A DNA stretch of 64,000 nucleotides from an uncultured Candidatus Saccharibacteria bacterium (GCA_964427585.1 CAYRVC010000002.1:41513-105512), one strand, 5' to 3'; positions 19,730-29,975 are shown, numbered from the stretch's first letter. Translations and numbers: made by a program. Notes: a model not told the origin generated them from the sequence alone.

Positions 19730-20452
19730 TTATTTTTCTTTTAGATGCGAATAATAATCCTCGGAAATATTTTCAAACAAAATTAATGACGAATTATCAA
19801 TTTTTAATTTTAACAAAACATTCCAGTCATTTTTTAAAATTATCCTCATTATTTTAACGATATCTTGGGTAATTTTTTTTGCCGTATTGTCCGGTTTAAG
19901 GCACCTATGGCAGACAACCCCTCCTTCCATGCAGGAAATATGGATATTGGAAGGATCCAGCCCTCCCTGGCAAACAGCGCATTTGTAAAGCTCGGGCAAG
20001 TATCCTGAAAAAGAAACGAAATTCCAAAAAAAATAGCGATAAATCAATGCATAACGGCTGTTGCATAAGGGCTGATTCTCTAATTTTTCCAAAGTTTCGG
20101 AGAAGAGGGAAAAAATTTCTTCGTCTTTTTGTTCCCCTTTTATAAAATTATCCAGAAGGCCTGCCATTCTGCCGGCGGTTTCCAGCTTTTCCAAATTTTG
20201 TTCTATGTTGATGAACTTTTTTATCAAAACGGCGTCGGTTAGGGTTTTGAAATTTTTGCCCTGGATGAATTCAATCTCCGACAAGCAGAGAAAATCAATG
20301 CCGCCCCTCAATTTAGAAACTATTTTTCTTATGGCTTTGGCCTTTATTTCCAGTTTGCCGAAATCTTGGGTAAAAACGGTAAAAACCCTGTCTGATTCAA
20401 ACCTGTCTTTTTTACCGATTACAAAGCCGCTGGTTCTGTATCTGACTGTCAT
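19730..20452 (-). CDS. recO: DNA repair protein RecO
   Basis: 240 aa; N-terminal OB-fold region and C-terminal CxxC..CxxC zinc finger typical of RecO; start overlaps upstream ORF stop (TAATG). Confidence 0.8.
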   Translation of the reverse strand: MTVRYRTSGFVIGKKDRFESDRVFTVFTQDFGKLEIKAKAIRKIVSKLRGGIDFLCLSEIEFIQGKNFKTLTDAVLIKKFINIEQNLEKLETAGRMAGLLDNFIKGEQKDEEIFSLFSETLEKLENQPLCNSRYALIYRYFFWNFVSFSGYLPELYKCAVCQGGLDPSNIHISCMEGGVVCHRCLKPDNTAKKITQDIVKIMRIILKNDWNVLLKLKIDNSSLILFENISEDYYSHLKEK

Positions 20453-20751
20453 TATTTTACGGGAAAATCCCTTTTCTGCAATTCTTCCAAATATTTTATT
20501 TCTCTCTGCATCTTTGTCTTTTTTTGAAAATCCTGCTCCAGTCTTTTCTGCTCTTTTAAAGAATGCAAAGACCTTTGGTATTCACCTTTTGATATGGTGG
20601 AATGGTATTTCCTGGGAAAATATTTAACCTCCAATTTTTTCCTTTCCCTGGGTTTTAACTGCCTCTGGCCCTCTGATTTGATTTCGGTTGATTTCAAAAA
20701 ATTTTTAAACTGCCGGCGGGGAATCTCCGGCTTTTTCTCAAATAGAGACAT
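20452..20751 (-). CDS. Hypothetical basic protein (99 aa), translationally coupled to recO
   Basis: K/R-rich; stop overlaps recO start by 1 nt; 13 nt downstream of ileS. Confidence 0.45.
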   Translation of the reverse strand: MSLFEKKPEIPRRQFKNFLKSTEIKSEGQRQLKPRERKKLEVKYFPRKYHSTISKGEYQRSLHSLKEQKRLEQDFQKKTKMQREIKYLEELQKRDFPVK

Positions 20752-20763
20752 ATTGTTAAAATT

Positions 20764-23670
20764 TTAAATTTTAATTATTAACAGCAAATTTTTACCGCCA
20801 ATCATAATCTCTTTTTTTAAACCAGACTCCAGGCTTTCGGGCTGGCCGGAAAAAAATTCTTTTATTTTGATTTCTTTTAAAAAGTCTTCTTTATTGTTTT
20901 CCAGAATTTCAGCGAGATTTTTATCCCCGTCAAAAAAGACGGAAATTTCGTCTGCGGGTTTTAAACCCATTTTTTTTCTCATATCCTGCAAATGACGGAT
21001 GATTTCCCTTATTATTCCTTCTTCTTTCAGCTCCTTTGTTATTTTTGTGTCCAGATCCACCTCATTCTTTATTTTATCATCAAAAACGATTTTTTTGATG
21101 TTAGTTTCGTCTTTTATAAGCTCCAAAAATTCTTCCTTTCCCTTTATTTTCAAATTCTTGTTTTTTATTTTGGCTGAAGCTATGGGCTGGCGGACTTTTA
21201 TCTCTTTTGAAGCCCTTTTAGATAGAATGAGGTTTACAACAACTCGCGCTTCGTCCATCTGCTCCTCTAACTCCAAGTCGGTCTGGTTATCATCTTTCAA
21301 CCTGGGCCATTCGGCCAAATGCACTGATTCATGCATGTCTTTTGTTTTCAGCCTGGAATACATTTCTTCGGCAAAAAACGGCATCACCGGCGCCAAAAGC
21401 TTTGTTAAAACAAGAAGGACATAATAAAGAGTGTCTGATGCATGTTCCCTCCCGTTGCCTTCCTGCCGGAATCTTTTTCTTGATCTTCTTATGTACCAAA
21501 GCGACAAATCATTTATGAAAAAATCTTCGATAGCCAAAACCCCTTTGGAAATATTATAACTGTCAAAATTGAATTCCACCAGGCTTATCAGGTGGCCGAT
21601 TTTAGATAATATCCATCTGTCTAAAATATCGCCTTGTATTCGCCCTGCTTCTAAAATAGGCGCATTTTTTTCTTTTCCGTAAGTTTCAAAAAACGAATAA
21701 ACATTGTAAAGCACCAGCAGTTTTCTTTTCGCCTCTTCTGCCGCGTTATAGCCGAAATTCATGTTTTCCGCCGGGTTCTGCTTTGCATAAATCCAGCGCA
21801 TCGGATCAGCCCCTATGATGCTCACCGCGTCATCAAGCCAAATGGCGTTTCCTTTTGATTTGTGCATCTCTTCCCCTTTTTCGTCGCGCACCGAGGCATA
21901 TCCGAAAATAGTTTTCACGGGCGGGACTCCCTCCAAAACAGCCGACATCACCAAAAGAGAATAGAACCAATTTTTAAACTGGCCGGGAAAAGATTCCGTA
22001 ACAAGCTCTGAAGGAAACCACTTTTTCCAATATTTCTTGTCTTCAAAATATCCCATTGTGGAAAAGGGCACGATGCCAGCATCCAGCCAGGGGTTTCCAA
22101 CGTCTTTTATTCTCGAAACATTTTCTCCGCATTTTTTGCATTTTATTTTTACCTTGTCTATCCACGGCCTATGGGGCGAATGGCCCGAAAAATCCTCCCA
22201 GCCCTCCACTGCCCTTTTTTCCAACTCCTCTTTTGAACCGATGACTTCAAAATTTCCGCATTTTCCGCATTCGAATATGGGCAGGGCCAAACCCCAATAT
22301 CTTTTTTTGGAAATCAGCCAGTCCTGCATGTTTTTCAGCCAGTCCAATTCCCTGTCCTTGCCGAATTCCGGTATCCAATTGATTTGTTCCGTTATGCCGA
22401 TTAAAATTCCCCTCAGTTTTTCCATTGAAATATACCATTCGTCGACCACCCTCCATACGAGCTCTTGCTTGCACCGCCAGCAAGTGGGATAGCGGTGCTG
22501 GTAGTCTTCCAGTTTGTAAAAAAATCTGCCGTTTTCATATGTTTTCAAATATGCAAAAATTATTTCCGGATCCTGTTTTGCGTTTTTTCCTGAAAATTCT
22601 CCCATTTCATCCAGATAAAAAGCGGATTCGTCAATCACGTCGATCACTGCCAAATTCTCCCTTTTTCCTATTTTAAAATCTTCTTCGCCTGAACCCGGGG
22701 CAGTATGCACTATGCCAGTCCCCTCAACATCGGTCACCAAGTCTTTATCCAAAACAACAGTATGGAAGGTTTCCGGTTTTTCGTCTCCGGCATTTTTAAC
22801 CCTTGGGAGGCCGTCAAAAGGCGCTTCGTATTTAAGCCCTTCCAGATCGCTTCCCTTTATTGTTTTTTTCAACTTGAATCCCTCTCCCAGTATTTTTTTA
22901 GCCAGGCTTTTTAACAAAATCAGCCTTTCTGATCCATGTTCGAACAAGCCATAATCAAATTCCGGATTTACCACCAAGGCCACGTTGGCGGGCAGTGTCC
23001 AGGGAGTGGTTGTCCATATGAGAAAGCTGGTTTTTTCAAAACCTTTTGTCAAAACAGGAAGTTTAAAATATATTGCGGTATGGGTTATCAGCTTATACTC
23101 TTCCGTTAAAATTTCGTGCTGACTAATAGCCGTGCCGCACCGGGGACACCATGGAACTGAATCTCTTCCCTTATAAAGCAATCCCTGCTCATGGCATTTT
23201 CTCAAGAAATGCCAAATGGCGTAGTTGTTTTCATCTGACATTGTGTAATAAGAATTTTCCCAGTCCATCCATTGACCCAAACGGATAGACTGCTTTGTCT
23301 GTATTTCTGAATATTTTTTCACCCTTTCTTTGCATTTTTCAACAAATTTATCTATGCCGTATTTTTCGATATCCTTTTTGTTTTTAAATCCCAGCTCTTT
23401 TTCCACCTCAACCTCCACCCAAAGCCCCTGGCAGTCAAAACCGTTTTGATATCTCAGGTCAAAGCCCTGCATTGCCTTATACCTCTGCAATAAATCCTTA
23501 TAGCTTCTGCCCCAGGCATGATGCACGCCCATCTGGTTATTGGCCGTAATCGGCCCATCCAAAAACGACCAGGAGGGATTACCCTGGTTTTTGGCTCTCA
23601 ATTTTTCAAAAATCCTGTTCTCCTCCCAAAATTTCAGTATTTTCTGTTCGTTTTCCGGAAAATTAAACAT
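20764..23670 (-). CDS. ileS: Isoleucyl-tRNA synthetase
   Basis: 968 aa class I aaRS; WTTTPWTLPAN (IleRS-specific), DWLISKKRYWG, KSKGN motifs. Confidence 0.9.
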   Translation of the reverse strand: MFNFPENEQKILKFWEENRIFEKLRAKNQGNPSWSFLDGPITANNQMGVHHAWGRSYKDLLQRYKAMQGFDLRYQNGFDCQGLWVEVEVEKELGFKNKKDIEKYGIDKFVEKCKERVKKYSEIQTKQSIRLGQWMDWENSYYTMSDENNYAIWHFLRKCHEQGLLYKGRDSVPWCPRCGTAISQHEILTEEYKLITHTAIYFKLPVLTKGFEKTSFLIWTTTPWTLPANVALVVNPEFDYGLFEHGSERLILLKSLAKKILGEGFKLKKTIKGSDLEGLKYEAPFDGLPRVKNAGDEKPETFHTVVLDKDLVTDVEGTGIVHTAPGSGEEDFKIGKRENLAVIDVIDESAFYLDEMGEFSGKNAKQDPEIIFAYLKTYENGRFFYKLEDYQHRYPTCWRCKQELVWRVVDEWYISMEKLRGILIGITEQINWIPEFGKDRELDWLKNMQDWLISKKRYWGLALPIFECGKCGNFEVIGSKEELEKRAVEGWEDFSGHSPHRPWIDKVKIKCKKCGENVSRIKDVGNPWLDAGIVPFSTMGYFEDKKYWKKWFPSELVTESFPGQFKNWFYSLLVMSAVLEGVPPVKTIFGYASVRDEKGEEMHKSKGNAIWLDDAVSIIGADPMRWIYAKQNPAENMNFGYNAAEEAKRKLLVLYNVYSFFETYGKEKNAPILEAGRIQGDILDRWILSKIGHLISLVEFNFDSYNISKGVLAIEDFFINDLSLWYIRRSRKRFRQEGNGREHASDTLYYVLLVLTKLLAPVMPFFAEEMYSRLKTKDMHESVHLAEWPRLKDDNQTDLELEEQMDEARVVVNLILSKRASKEIKVRQPIASAKIKNKNLKIKGKEEFLELIKDETNIKKIVFDDKIKNEVDLDTKITKELKEEGIIREIIRHLQDMRKKMGLKPADEISVFFDGDKNLAEILENNKEDFLKEIKIKEFFSGQPESLESGLKKEIMIGGKNLLLIIKI

Positions 23671-23716
23671 AATCCATCTTAATCTAATTTTTCTCTGATT
23701 TCAACCTGACGCCTGA

Positions 23717-25411
23717 TTACATCTTTTCTGGCGCCTCTATTGCCAGCAACCGCATTCCATTTTTCATAATAATGGTAAAAGCATTTGTTATCGCCGCTTT
23801 ATAGGGCGAAAATTCATCTTCTTTATCAATAATTCTGGTTTTTGCGTAATAACCGTTAAAAATGCCCGCTAATTCCGTAAGATACATCGCCATGTGGTTA
23901 GGCTGGCGTTCTATGCTTGTGTTTTCCGCCACCTCCGGAAAATAATACATCAGCTTTTCAAGAAGCCCTGCCTCATTGGGAGTTTTTTTGAGGCTGGGCT
24001 TTATGTTTTGTTCCTTTGCTTTTTTCAAAACCGAAATTGCCCTGGCAAAAGAATATTGGAGATAAGGCCCGGAATCGCCTTCAAACGAAATGGATTTTTC
24101 AAAATTATAAACAATATCCGAGCCTATGGACTGTTTTAAAATTGAATATTTTAAAGCCCCTACGGCAACTGCTTTTGAAATTTCTGATTTTTCTTTTTGT
24201 AAAAAATCCCTGTCCTTAATCTTTTCTTTTACTAATTGTTCAACTTTTTCTATCAATGATTCGCCCGTTATAACGTTTCCTGTTCTTGATGACATTTTAC
24301 CTTCGGGCAAACGCATCATTCCGTGCCCGATATGTTCTGTTTTTTTCGCAAGCTCAGGCAAAACTTCTTCCATGGCCCTTAACATCACTTTAAAATATTC
24401 ATTTACCTCGCTGCCCGTAATAATGAAAGATTTGTCATAACGGTACTTTTTATGTTTTAATTGAGCCAGCCCAAGATCCTTTGTCTCGTAGGTTGGAAGG
24501 CCCTCGGAATTGATGAATACCCTCGTATGGAGCCCGTATTTTTCTCCTTTAAAAACAATTGCCCCTTCGCTTTTTTCAAAAATACCTTTTTTTAGCCATT
24601 TTTCTACGGTTCTTTTCCCTAAATCAGAAACTTGGCTTTCAAAAATCAGATAATCGAATTTTGTGCCTAGTTTTTTGTAAATACGGTCAAAATGCTCCAG
24701 GCTCCATTTTTTACCTTTGTCATAAAGCTTGTTAATCTGCTTGTCAGACCTTTCAAAAATTTTTTTATTAAGTTCATTGATCTCTTTTGTCGCTGTTTCG
24801 TCTGAACTATATTTTTTAGAGCCCATAGAATAAGCGCTGCCCAAAAAATTCATTTTTTCTGAAAGGGAAGCGCTGTCTTTTGGAAAATTATCCTTGTTCT
24901 GCAAAATGCCCCACATTGCCTTAGAAACATGCATACCCACATCCCCCTGATAACACACCCTTTTTACTTTAGCTCCTTGAAATTCAAAAATACGGGATAA
25001 AGATTCGCCTATCGCGTTGCTCATTAAATGCCCTATGTGAAATTCCTTAAAAGGATTTGGGTCAGTATAATCTAAGATTATCTTTTTGTTTAAAAGCTCT
25101 TTTCCCTTGCCGTAATCTTTTTTTATATTTTTTAAGTTATCAATAAAAATTTTATCTGAAATGAAAAAATTTATGAACCCCGGGCCCGCAACTTCTATTT
25201 TTTCAAAGATATCATTATTTCCTATTTTTTGTTTTATCATGCCGGCGGTTTCAAGCGGATTTCTGCCTATTTTTTTAGCCAAAACCAAGGCGGCATTGGT
25301 TGAATAATCTCCGTGCTTTTTTGCGCCGGGAATTTCAACTGAAAAATTCAAGTTTTCCTTTGAAAAATCTTTAACCGCTTTTTCAATTATTTTTTTAATT
25401 TCCTTTCTCAT
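23717..25411 (-). CDS. argS: Arginyl-tRNA synthetase
   Basis: 564 aa; ILDYTDPNPFKEFHIGHLMSNAIGESL HIGH region and ArgRS C-terminal anticodon-binding domain ending ..EKM. Confidence 0.9.
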   Translation of the reverse strand: MRKEIKKIIEKAVKDFSKENLNFSVEIPGAKKHGDYSTNAALVLAKKIGRNPLETAGMIKQKIGNNDIFEKIEVAGPGFINFFISDKIFIDNLKNIKKDYGKGKELLNKKIILDYTDPNPFKEFHIGHLMSNAIGESLSRIFEFQGAKVKRVCYQGDVGMHVSKAMWGILQNKDNFPKDSASLSEKMNFLGSAYSMGSKKYSSDETATKEINELNKKIFERSDKQINKLYDKGKKWSLEHFDRIYKKLGTKFDYLIFESQVSDLGKRTVEKWLKKGIFEKSEGAIVFKGEKYGLHTRVFINSEGLPTYETKDLGLAQLKHKKYRYDKSFIITGSEVNEYFKVMLRAMEEVLPELAKKTEHIGHGMMRLPEGKMSSRTGNVITGESLIEKVEQLVKEKIKDRDFLQKEKSEISKAVAVGALKYSILKQSIGSDIVYNFEKSISFEGDSGPYLQYSFARAISVLKKAKEQNIKPSLKKTPNEAGLLEKLMYYFPEVAENTSIERQPNHMAMYLTELAGIFNGYYAKTRIIDKEDEFSPYKAAITNAFTIIMKNGMRLLAIEAPEKM

Positions 25412-26118
25412 TGTATGATAGTCCCCATGAATGGTTTATTATTTAAAAAGCTTCCAAGGCGCTCTAATTTTTTCCCGTTGATTACAATCACCCTTAATTT
25501 CAATTTTTCAGCCAGTTCCGATGCCCTGGGGTCAAAGGGCAAAGACAGCCCTGGAGACCATTTGTCTCCCACAATTTTCCTGAAATCCGGCCAGTTTATT
25601 TCTTTTATCGCTTTGGCGCCTGGAAATTCTTTCGGATTTTTATCATAAACATAATCAATATTCGTAAGATTAACAATGGTTTTAATGTTATTGGTTTTAG
25701 CCGCCAAAACAGAAACATAATCCGTGGACCAGCCCGACCTCCAGCCCGCCCCCACTATGATCTTTTTTTCTGTTTTTATTTTCTTAGTAGGATTTATAAT
25801 AACTTCAGGATAAGAAAATTCTGAAAACAGATGCTTTACTATTTCGCCGTTTAATCTGGTAACATTCACTCCTATTTCATCTCTTTCTTTATCATTCGCC
25901 CCAAGCTCGGAAAGCGCTTTTTGATACAATCTCGCTATTTTTCCCCCGCCCGTAAAAATAAAAAACCGCTTTGTTTTTAAATATTTCTGCAGAGTTTTTT
26001 TAAAATTTTTCAAAAACTCAACATCAATTTCTCCGGGCGCCACCACAGACCCCCCCAAAGAAATAATAATTGTCTCTTTTAATTTTTCTAACATAGTATT
26101 ATTGTAAAGCGGCGGCAT
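25408..26118 (-). CDS. pyrH: Amino-acid-kinase family protein, probable UMP kinase (archaeal-type)
   Basis: 236 aa; IISLGGSV..FIFTGGGKIAR and GWSTDYVSVLAA..NIDYVYDKNP motifs match UMP kinase fold. Confidence 0.55.
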   Translation of the reverse strand: MPPLYNNTMLEKLKETIIISLGGSVVAPGEIDVEFLKNFKKTLQKYLKTKRFFIFTGGGKIARLYQKALSELGANDKERDEIGVNVTRLNGEIVKHLFSEFSYPEVIINPTKKIKTEKKIIVGAGWRSGWSTDYVSVLAAKTNNIKTIVNLTNIDYVYDKNPKEFPGAKAIKEINWPDFRKIVGDKWSPGLSLPFDPRASELAEKLKLRVIVINGKKLERLGSFLNNKPFMGTIIQ

Positions 26119-26428
26119 AACCGAATGAGTAAAAATAATCCCGCCAGTTTTTTTCCGTTGCCAAATAATTATTTCCAGACAAAAAATAATCGCAGAGCAG
26201 TTCCCTGACTCTGGTAATTTCCATTATTCTGTTTTTATTTTTAGAGTCTGACAGGGTTAAATCAAGCAGTTCTAGGGCCCTTTCAAAAGCCATTCGGCTG
26301 TATTTTTCATCTTTCTCTCTCCAATTGAGAGCTCTCTCAACCTCACTGCCAACATTAGCCATTTGCTCAATTAAAGAAAACTTCTGCCACCTACTGTTTG
26401 CTAAATTTTTGTGCTGAAAAATTGTCAT
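26099..26428 (-). CDS. Hypothetical protein
   Basis: 109 aa ORF in operon-like minus-strand run; no known motif. Confidence 0.35.
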   Translation of the reverse strand: MTIFQHKNLANSRWQKFSLIEQMANVGSEVERALNWREKDEKYSRMAFERALELLDLTLSDSKNKNRIMEITRVRELLCDYFLSGNNYLATEKNWRDYFYSFGYAAALQ

Positions 26429-26766
26429 TTTTCTACAAGTTTATTTACAATTTTTATAACTTTTCCTCGTATTTTTGCATCATCAACCCCGCGGCTTCGA
26501 TTGTTTTGTGTAGGTCTGATATTTATTACGGAATCAAACTCTATAAAATCTTCTCCTGATTTTTTAGGATATAAATTTATTCCCCATAAATTCTGCCAAT
26601 CGGAATCATTTTCAATTAAAAGCCCTTGCAAATCCGCGTGCAACTCACCATCAACTCCCATTGTTTCTTTTTTTACATCGACAACGGCTTTGACCAAGTT
26701 TCCAAACATCTTTTCAGCCATCTCCTTCAGCTTTTGTATTGATATTTTATCTTTTATTATCTCCAT
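26425..26766 (-). CDS. Hypothetical protein
   Basis: 113 aa; 4-nt overlap with downstream ORF suggests coupling; no known motif. Confidence 0.4.
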   Translation of the reverse strand: MEIIKDKISIQKLKEMAEKMFGNLVKAVVDVKKETMGVDGELHADLQGLLIENDSDWQNLWGINLYPKKSGEDFIEFDSVINIRPTQNNRSRGVDDAKIRGKVIKIVNKLVEK

Positions 26767-26888
26767 TTGTTTATAGCTTAAGTTAAGTTTAACTCGTTTT
26801 ACTCAAAAATTAAAGAGCCGCCGCATAAAAAAAGCCCCGGCCAGACGAATCTGATCGAGGTCATTACCCATTTAGGGCATATTTCTCC

Positions 26889-27233
26889 TCACGGCTTCTT
26901 TGAGTATTTTTCTGAAAACTCATCGAATTCTTTGAGAAATTTGGGCAAAGCAACCTTAGAATTTATTTCGCGAAAGAAACTTCCGATAATTAAGATATTC
27001 TGGGATGTTACCTTTCCACAAAATAATCCCAAAATTGCTTTTTGTAAGTTGATCAGAGCGTGAAGTTTATCCAGGGATTCCAGTCTATCTGCTAAATCCT
27101 CTGAATTTAGTTTGGTCAGGTCGCCTTTCTTAGCGCCGACTAAACCGAACTCCTGCATAAGCTCTGACAGAAAGCCCCACCAGAGACTTTTCCAGTCGGC
27201 TTCCATTTGTTCGGAACGCTCTAAATCGGACAT
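26889..27233 (-). CDS. Hypothetical protein
   Basis: 114 aa acidic protein, no recognisable domain. Confidence 0.35.
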   Translation of the reverse strand: MSDLERSEQMEADWKSLWWGFLSELMQEFGLVGAKKGDLTKLNSEDLADRLESLDKLHALINLQKAILGLFCGKVTSQNILIIGSFFREINSKVALPKFLKEFDEFSEKYSKKP

Positions 27234-27346
27234 TTTCCTCTCCTTTTTATCTTTTATACTATCTTTCGCTCAATATATTTTTATACACTTATACTTTATA
27301 TTCGTCAATAGTTGTTATAAAATTAAAGTATTGCTAAACTTAAATA

Positions 27347-27790
27347 ATGAAAATATATTCGGAAAATAAAAAGGCGTTTTATGATTACAATATCCTTGAG
27401 AAATATGAGGCAGGGTTGGTTTTGTTCGGGCAGGAGGTAAAATCAATCAAAACCGGCCATATTAATCTGGCCGGGGCTTATGTTGCGTTAAAGGCCGGAG
27501 AGTTGTTTCTGGTTGGCGTAAAAGTGCCCCCCTATCAGCCGAATAACGCCGGGGCGGATTATAACGAAGGCCGGGAAAGGAAGCTTCTTTTGAACAAAAA
27601 AGAGATAAATTACCTTATGGGAAAGTCCTCACAGAAAGGTTTTTCTTTAATACCCTTGAAAATTTATGAGAAAAGTGGTAAGCTAAAAATTGAATTCGGA
27701 TTAGCAAAGGGGAAGAAAAAATACGACAAAAAAGAAAAAATAAAGAGGAAAGATATAGAGAGAGAAGTCAGCCGAGAATTAAACCTGTAA
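27347..27790 (+). CDS. smpB: SsrA-binding protein SmpB
   Basis: 147 aa; N-terminal ..NKKAFYDYNILEKYEAGLVLFGQEVKSIK matches SmpB; immediately followed by tmRNA. Confidence 0.9.
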   Translation: MKIYSENKKAFYDYNILEKYEAGLVLFGQEVKSIKTGHINLAGAYVALKAGELFLVGVKVPPYQPNNAGADYNEGRERKLLLNKKEINYLMGKSSQKGFSLIPLKIYEKSGKLKIEFGLAKGKKKYDKKEKIKRKDIEREVSRELNL

Positions 27791-27791
27791 T

Positions 27792-28140
27792 GGGAGCGTA
27801 AGTTTCGACAGATATTTCCTTAAAAATATGCAAACTCAGTTTTCTAGAACCTGATAAAACTTCTAGAAAAAACATAATTGCCAATTCATTCAATAGGCAA
27901 CCGGTATTGGCATACGCTTAATGCCGCATCTTTGCTGTTGACTCCTGATAAACAGACAAAGGTGTTATACAATCAGGATGGGCAATTCAATTTCCCGGGG
28001 GATTGCTAAGACTTTAACGGGAATCAGGATATTAAAAATTTCGCCTGTTTCTTATTTAATATCCAAACAACAAAGCAGGATAAGTTTGTAGATTTATTTT
28101 TAAAAAATTTCTGGACCCGGGTTCGCCCCCGGCGCTTCCA
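27792..28140 (+). ncRNA. ssrA: tmRNA (ssrA), standard one-piece; proposed tag ANSFNRQPVLAYA
   Basis: 5' GGGAGCG pairs with 3' CGCTTCC (acceptor), T-arm CCGGG-TTCGCCC-CCGG, discriminator A; internal ORF GCC(27880)..GCT TAA(27921) encodes ANSFNRQPVLAYA; located directly after smpB. Confidence 0.75.
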
Positions 28141-28159
28141 CAAAATATATTTTAAAACT

Positions 28160-28666
28160 TTGCAGAATAAAATATTAATAAACAATTTCATAAAGGCAAA
28201 AGAGGTAAGGGTGATTGATGAAGAAGGAAAACAGTTAGGGGTGATGAATATATTCCAAGCAATTGATTTGGCAAAATCAAAAGGCCTGGATTTGATTCAG
28301 GTAACGGAAAGAGTAGAGCCGCCGGTATGCAGGATTGGAGATTACGGAAAATATCTTTATTCTTTGCAAAAAAAAGAAAAAAAGATAAAAACTTACGGGG
28401 GAGGCTTAAAAGAGCTAAGGCTGACATACAACATTTCCCCCCATGACATTGAAACAAGGGCCAAACAGGCGGAAAAATTTTTAAAAGAAGGAGACAAGGT
28501 TAAAATAAGCCTGGTGTTAAGGGGAAGGGAAAAGGCTTTTTCATATCTTGCAAAAGACAAAATCCAGATTTTTTTTAACAAAATAAACGAGCTTCTGCCA
28601 ATTAAGGTTGAAAGAGAATTGAAAAAAGAGCCCAGGGGCTTTACGACAATAATATCAAAACAATAA
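28160..28666 (+). CDS. infC: Translation initiation factor IF-3
   Basis: 168 aa; ..RVIDEEGKQLGVM..AKSKGLDLIQV.. typical IF-3; ORF begins with TTG, consistent with atypical infC start codons. Confidence 0.9.
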   Translation: MQNKILINNFIKAKEVRVIDEEGKQLGVMNIFQAIDLAKSKGLDLIQVTERVEPPVCRIGDYGKYLYSLQKKEKKIKTYGGGLKELRLTYNISPHDIETRAKQAEKFLKEGDKVKISLVLRGREKAFSYLAKDKIQIFFNKINELLPIKVERELKKEPRGFTTIISKQ

Positions 28667-28671
28667 ATAAT

Positions 28672-28857
28672 ATGAAAACCAAAAAAGCTTTGCTAAAAAG
28701 GTTTAAAATAACAAAAAGCGGAAAGATAATGAGAAGAACATCCGGGCAGAATCACAACCGGGCAAAAAAAACAGGCGGGCAAAAAAGAAAAATCCGCAAA
28801 TGGGTTCGGCTGTCAAAAACAGAGGCAAAAAGAATAAAAAAATTCATATCGCTATAA
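28672..28857 (+). CDS. rpmI: 50S ribosomal protein L35
   Basis: 61 aa MKTKKALLKRFKITKSGKI.. matches bL35; conserved infC-rpmI-rplT order. Confidence 0.9.
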   Translation: MKTKKALLKRFKITKSGKIMRRTSGQNHNRAKKTGGQKRKIRKWVRLSKTEAKRIKKFISL

Positions 28858-28869
28858 TTAAATAAAAAT

Positions 28870-29217
28870 ATGTCACGAGTAAAAAGAGCAACAGCGGCGC
28901 GCAAGCACAGGAAGCATTTATTAAAATATGCCAAGGGTTTTAAATGGGGCAGAAAATCGAAATACAAGGCGGCAAAAGACGCTTTAAGGCATGCCTGGAC
29001 TTATGCCTACCGAGATAGAAAAACCAAAAAAAGAAATTTCAGGCAATTATGGCAGACTCAAATAAATTCTTTATCGAGGCAGTTGGGCATAACTTACAGC
29101 AGGCTTATACACGGATTAAAAGAAAAAAAGATAGGGCTAGATAGAAAGATTTTGTCGGAGCTGGCAAAAAAGCATCCTGAAATCTTTGAAAAAATCGTAG
29201 AAGAAGTTAAAAAATAG
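28870..29217 (+). CDS. rplT: 50S ribosomal protein L20
   Basis: 115 aa MSRVKRATAARKHRKHLLKYAKGF.. matches bL20. Confidence 0.95.
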   Translation: MSRVKRATAARKHRKHLLKYAKGFKWGRKSKYKAAKDALRHAWTYAYRDRKTKKRNFRQLWQTQINSLSRQLGITYSRLIHGLKEKKIGLDRKILSELAKKHPEIFEKIVEEVKK

Positions 29218-29242
29218 AAACGAAGCCAAGATAATTTATATC

Positions 29243-29272
29243 AAAAAACTGCGTGTTCACGCAGTTTTTTGA
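29243..29272 (+). terminator. Rho-independent terminator of infC-rpmI-rplT operon
   Basis: Hairpin AAACTGCGTG-TT-CACGCAGTTT followed by T-run. Confidence 0.7.
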
Positions 29273-29542
29273 TTACGAAACAGCTTTCTCTTTCTTTAAT
29301 AATTCTATCTTTTTCTTTGCGCCCCTGTTGTATCCGCCGGTTTTTCCGTCGCTTCTTATCACCCTGTGGCAGGGAATTTCCAAATCATAATTTTTATTCA
29401 AAATACTGCCTACTGCCCGGAAGGCTTTTTTGTTTCCGGCCTTCGCGGCCACTTCTTTGTAGCTTAAAACAGAGCCTGGGGGAATGCTCTTTACCGCTTC
29501 AAGAACTTTTTCTTTGAATGTTTTTTTCTTCGATAAAATCAT
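29273..29542 (-). CDS. MGMT-family protein (methylated-DNA-protein-cysteine methyltransferase DNA-binding domain only)
   Basis: 89 aa; active-site-like IPCHRVI motif of Ogt/Ada C-domain. Confidence 0.7.
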   Translation of the reverse strand: MILSKKKTFKEKVLEAVKSIPPGSVLSYKEVAAKAGNKKAFRAVGSILNKNYDLEIPCHRVIRSDGKTGGYNRGAKKKIELLKKEKAVS

Positions 29543-29975
29543 TTGCTTTTTTTAAAATTTCTTTTGCGTTTTTAAAAGTAAGTTTTTTTAAAGCCTCTTC
29601 GTAAGGCAACCAGATAAAACCTTCATGCTCTTGTGAAATTGTTACCTCCTTTGTTTTCGTTTTTGCAAGATAAAAAACAACCAGCTTAAAAACCCAGGGG
29701 GTCTTACCTTTTTTCAGGTCTTCAGCTGAAACTTTTACATTATACTGCCTGAAAAAATATTTTATTATTTCCTTAAATCCATCTATTGTTTCAATGTCTC
29801 TTATTCCCGTCTCCTCAAGCGTTTCCCTTTTTAATGTGTCAAGTTCATTTTCACCCTCCTCCAAATGGCCTTTCACAAACTCCCAATGCCCGGATTTGTA
29901 CTGCAAAAGAAGGTAATATCTTTTACCTTCTTCCTCCCTGAAAATTATAGCTCCGGCCGACTTCTCTCTTGGCAT
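29499..29975 (-). CDS. NUDIX hydrolase
   Basis: 158 aa; Nudix box GHLEEGENELDTLKRETLEETG. Confidence 0.8.
   Translation of the reverse strand: MPREKSAGAIIFREEEGKRYYLLLQYKSGHWEFVKGHLEEGENELDTLKRETLEETGIRDIETIDGFKEIIKYFFRQYNVKVSAEDLKKGKTPWVFKLVVFYLAKTKTKEVTISQEHEGFIWLPYEEALKKLTFKNAKEILKKANDFIEEKNIQRKSS

Noticed and set aside
27792-28140. Two-piece (permuted) tmRNA
   Set aside because: The 5' and 3' ends pair as a normal acceptor stem with the T-arm at the 3' end, so the standard one-piece arrangement fits.
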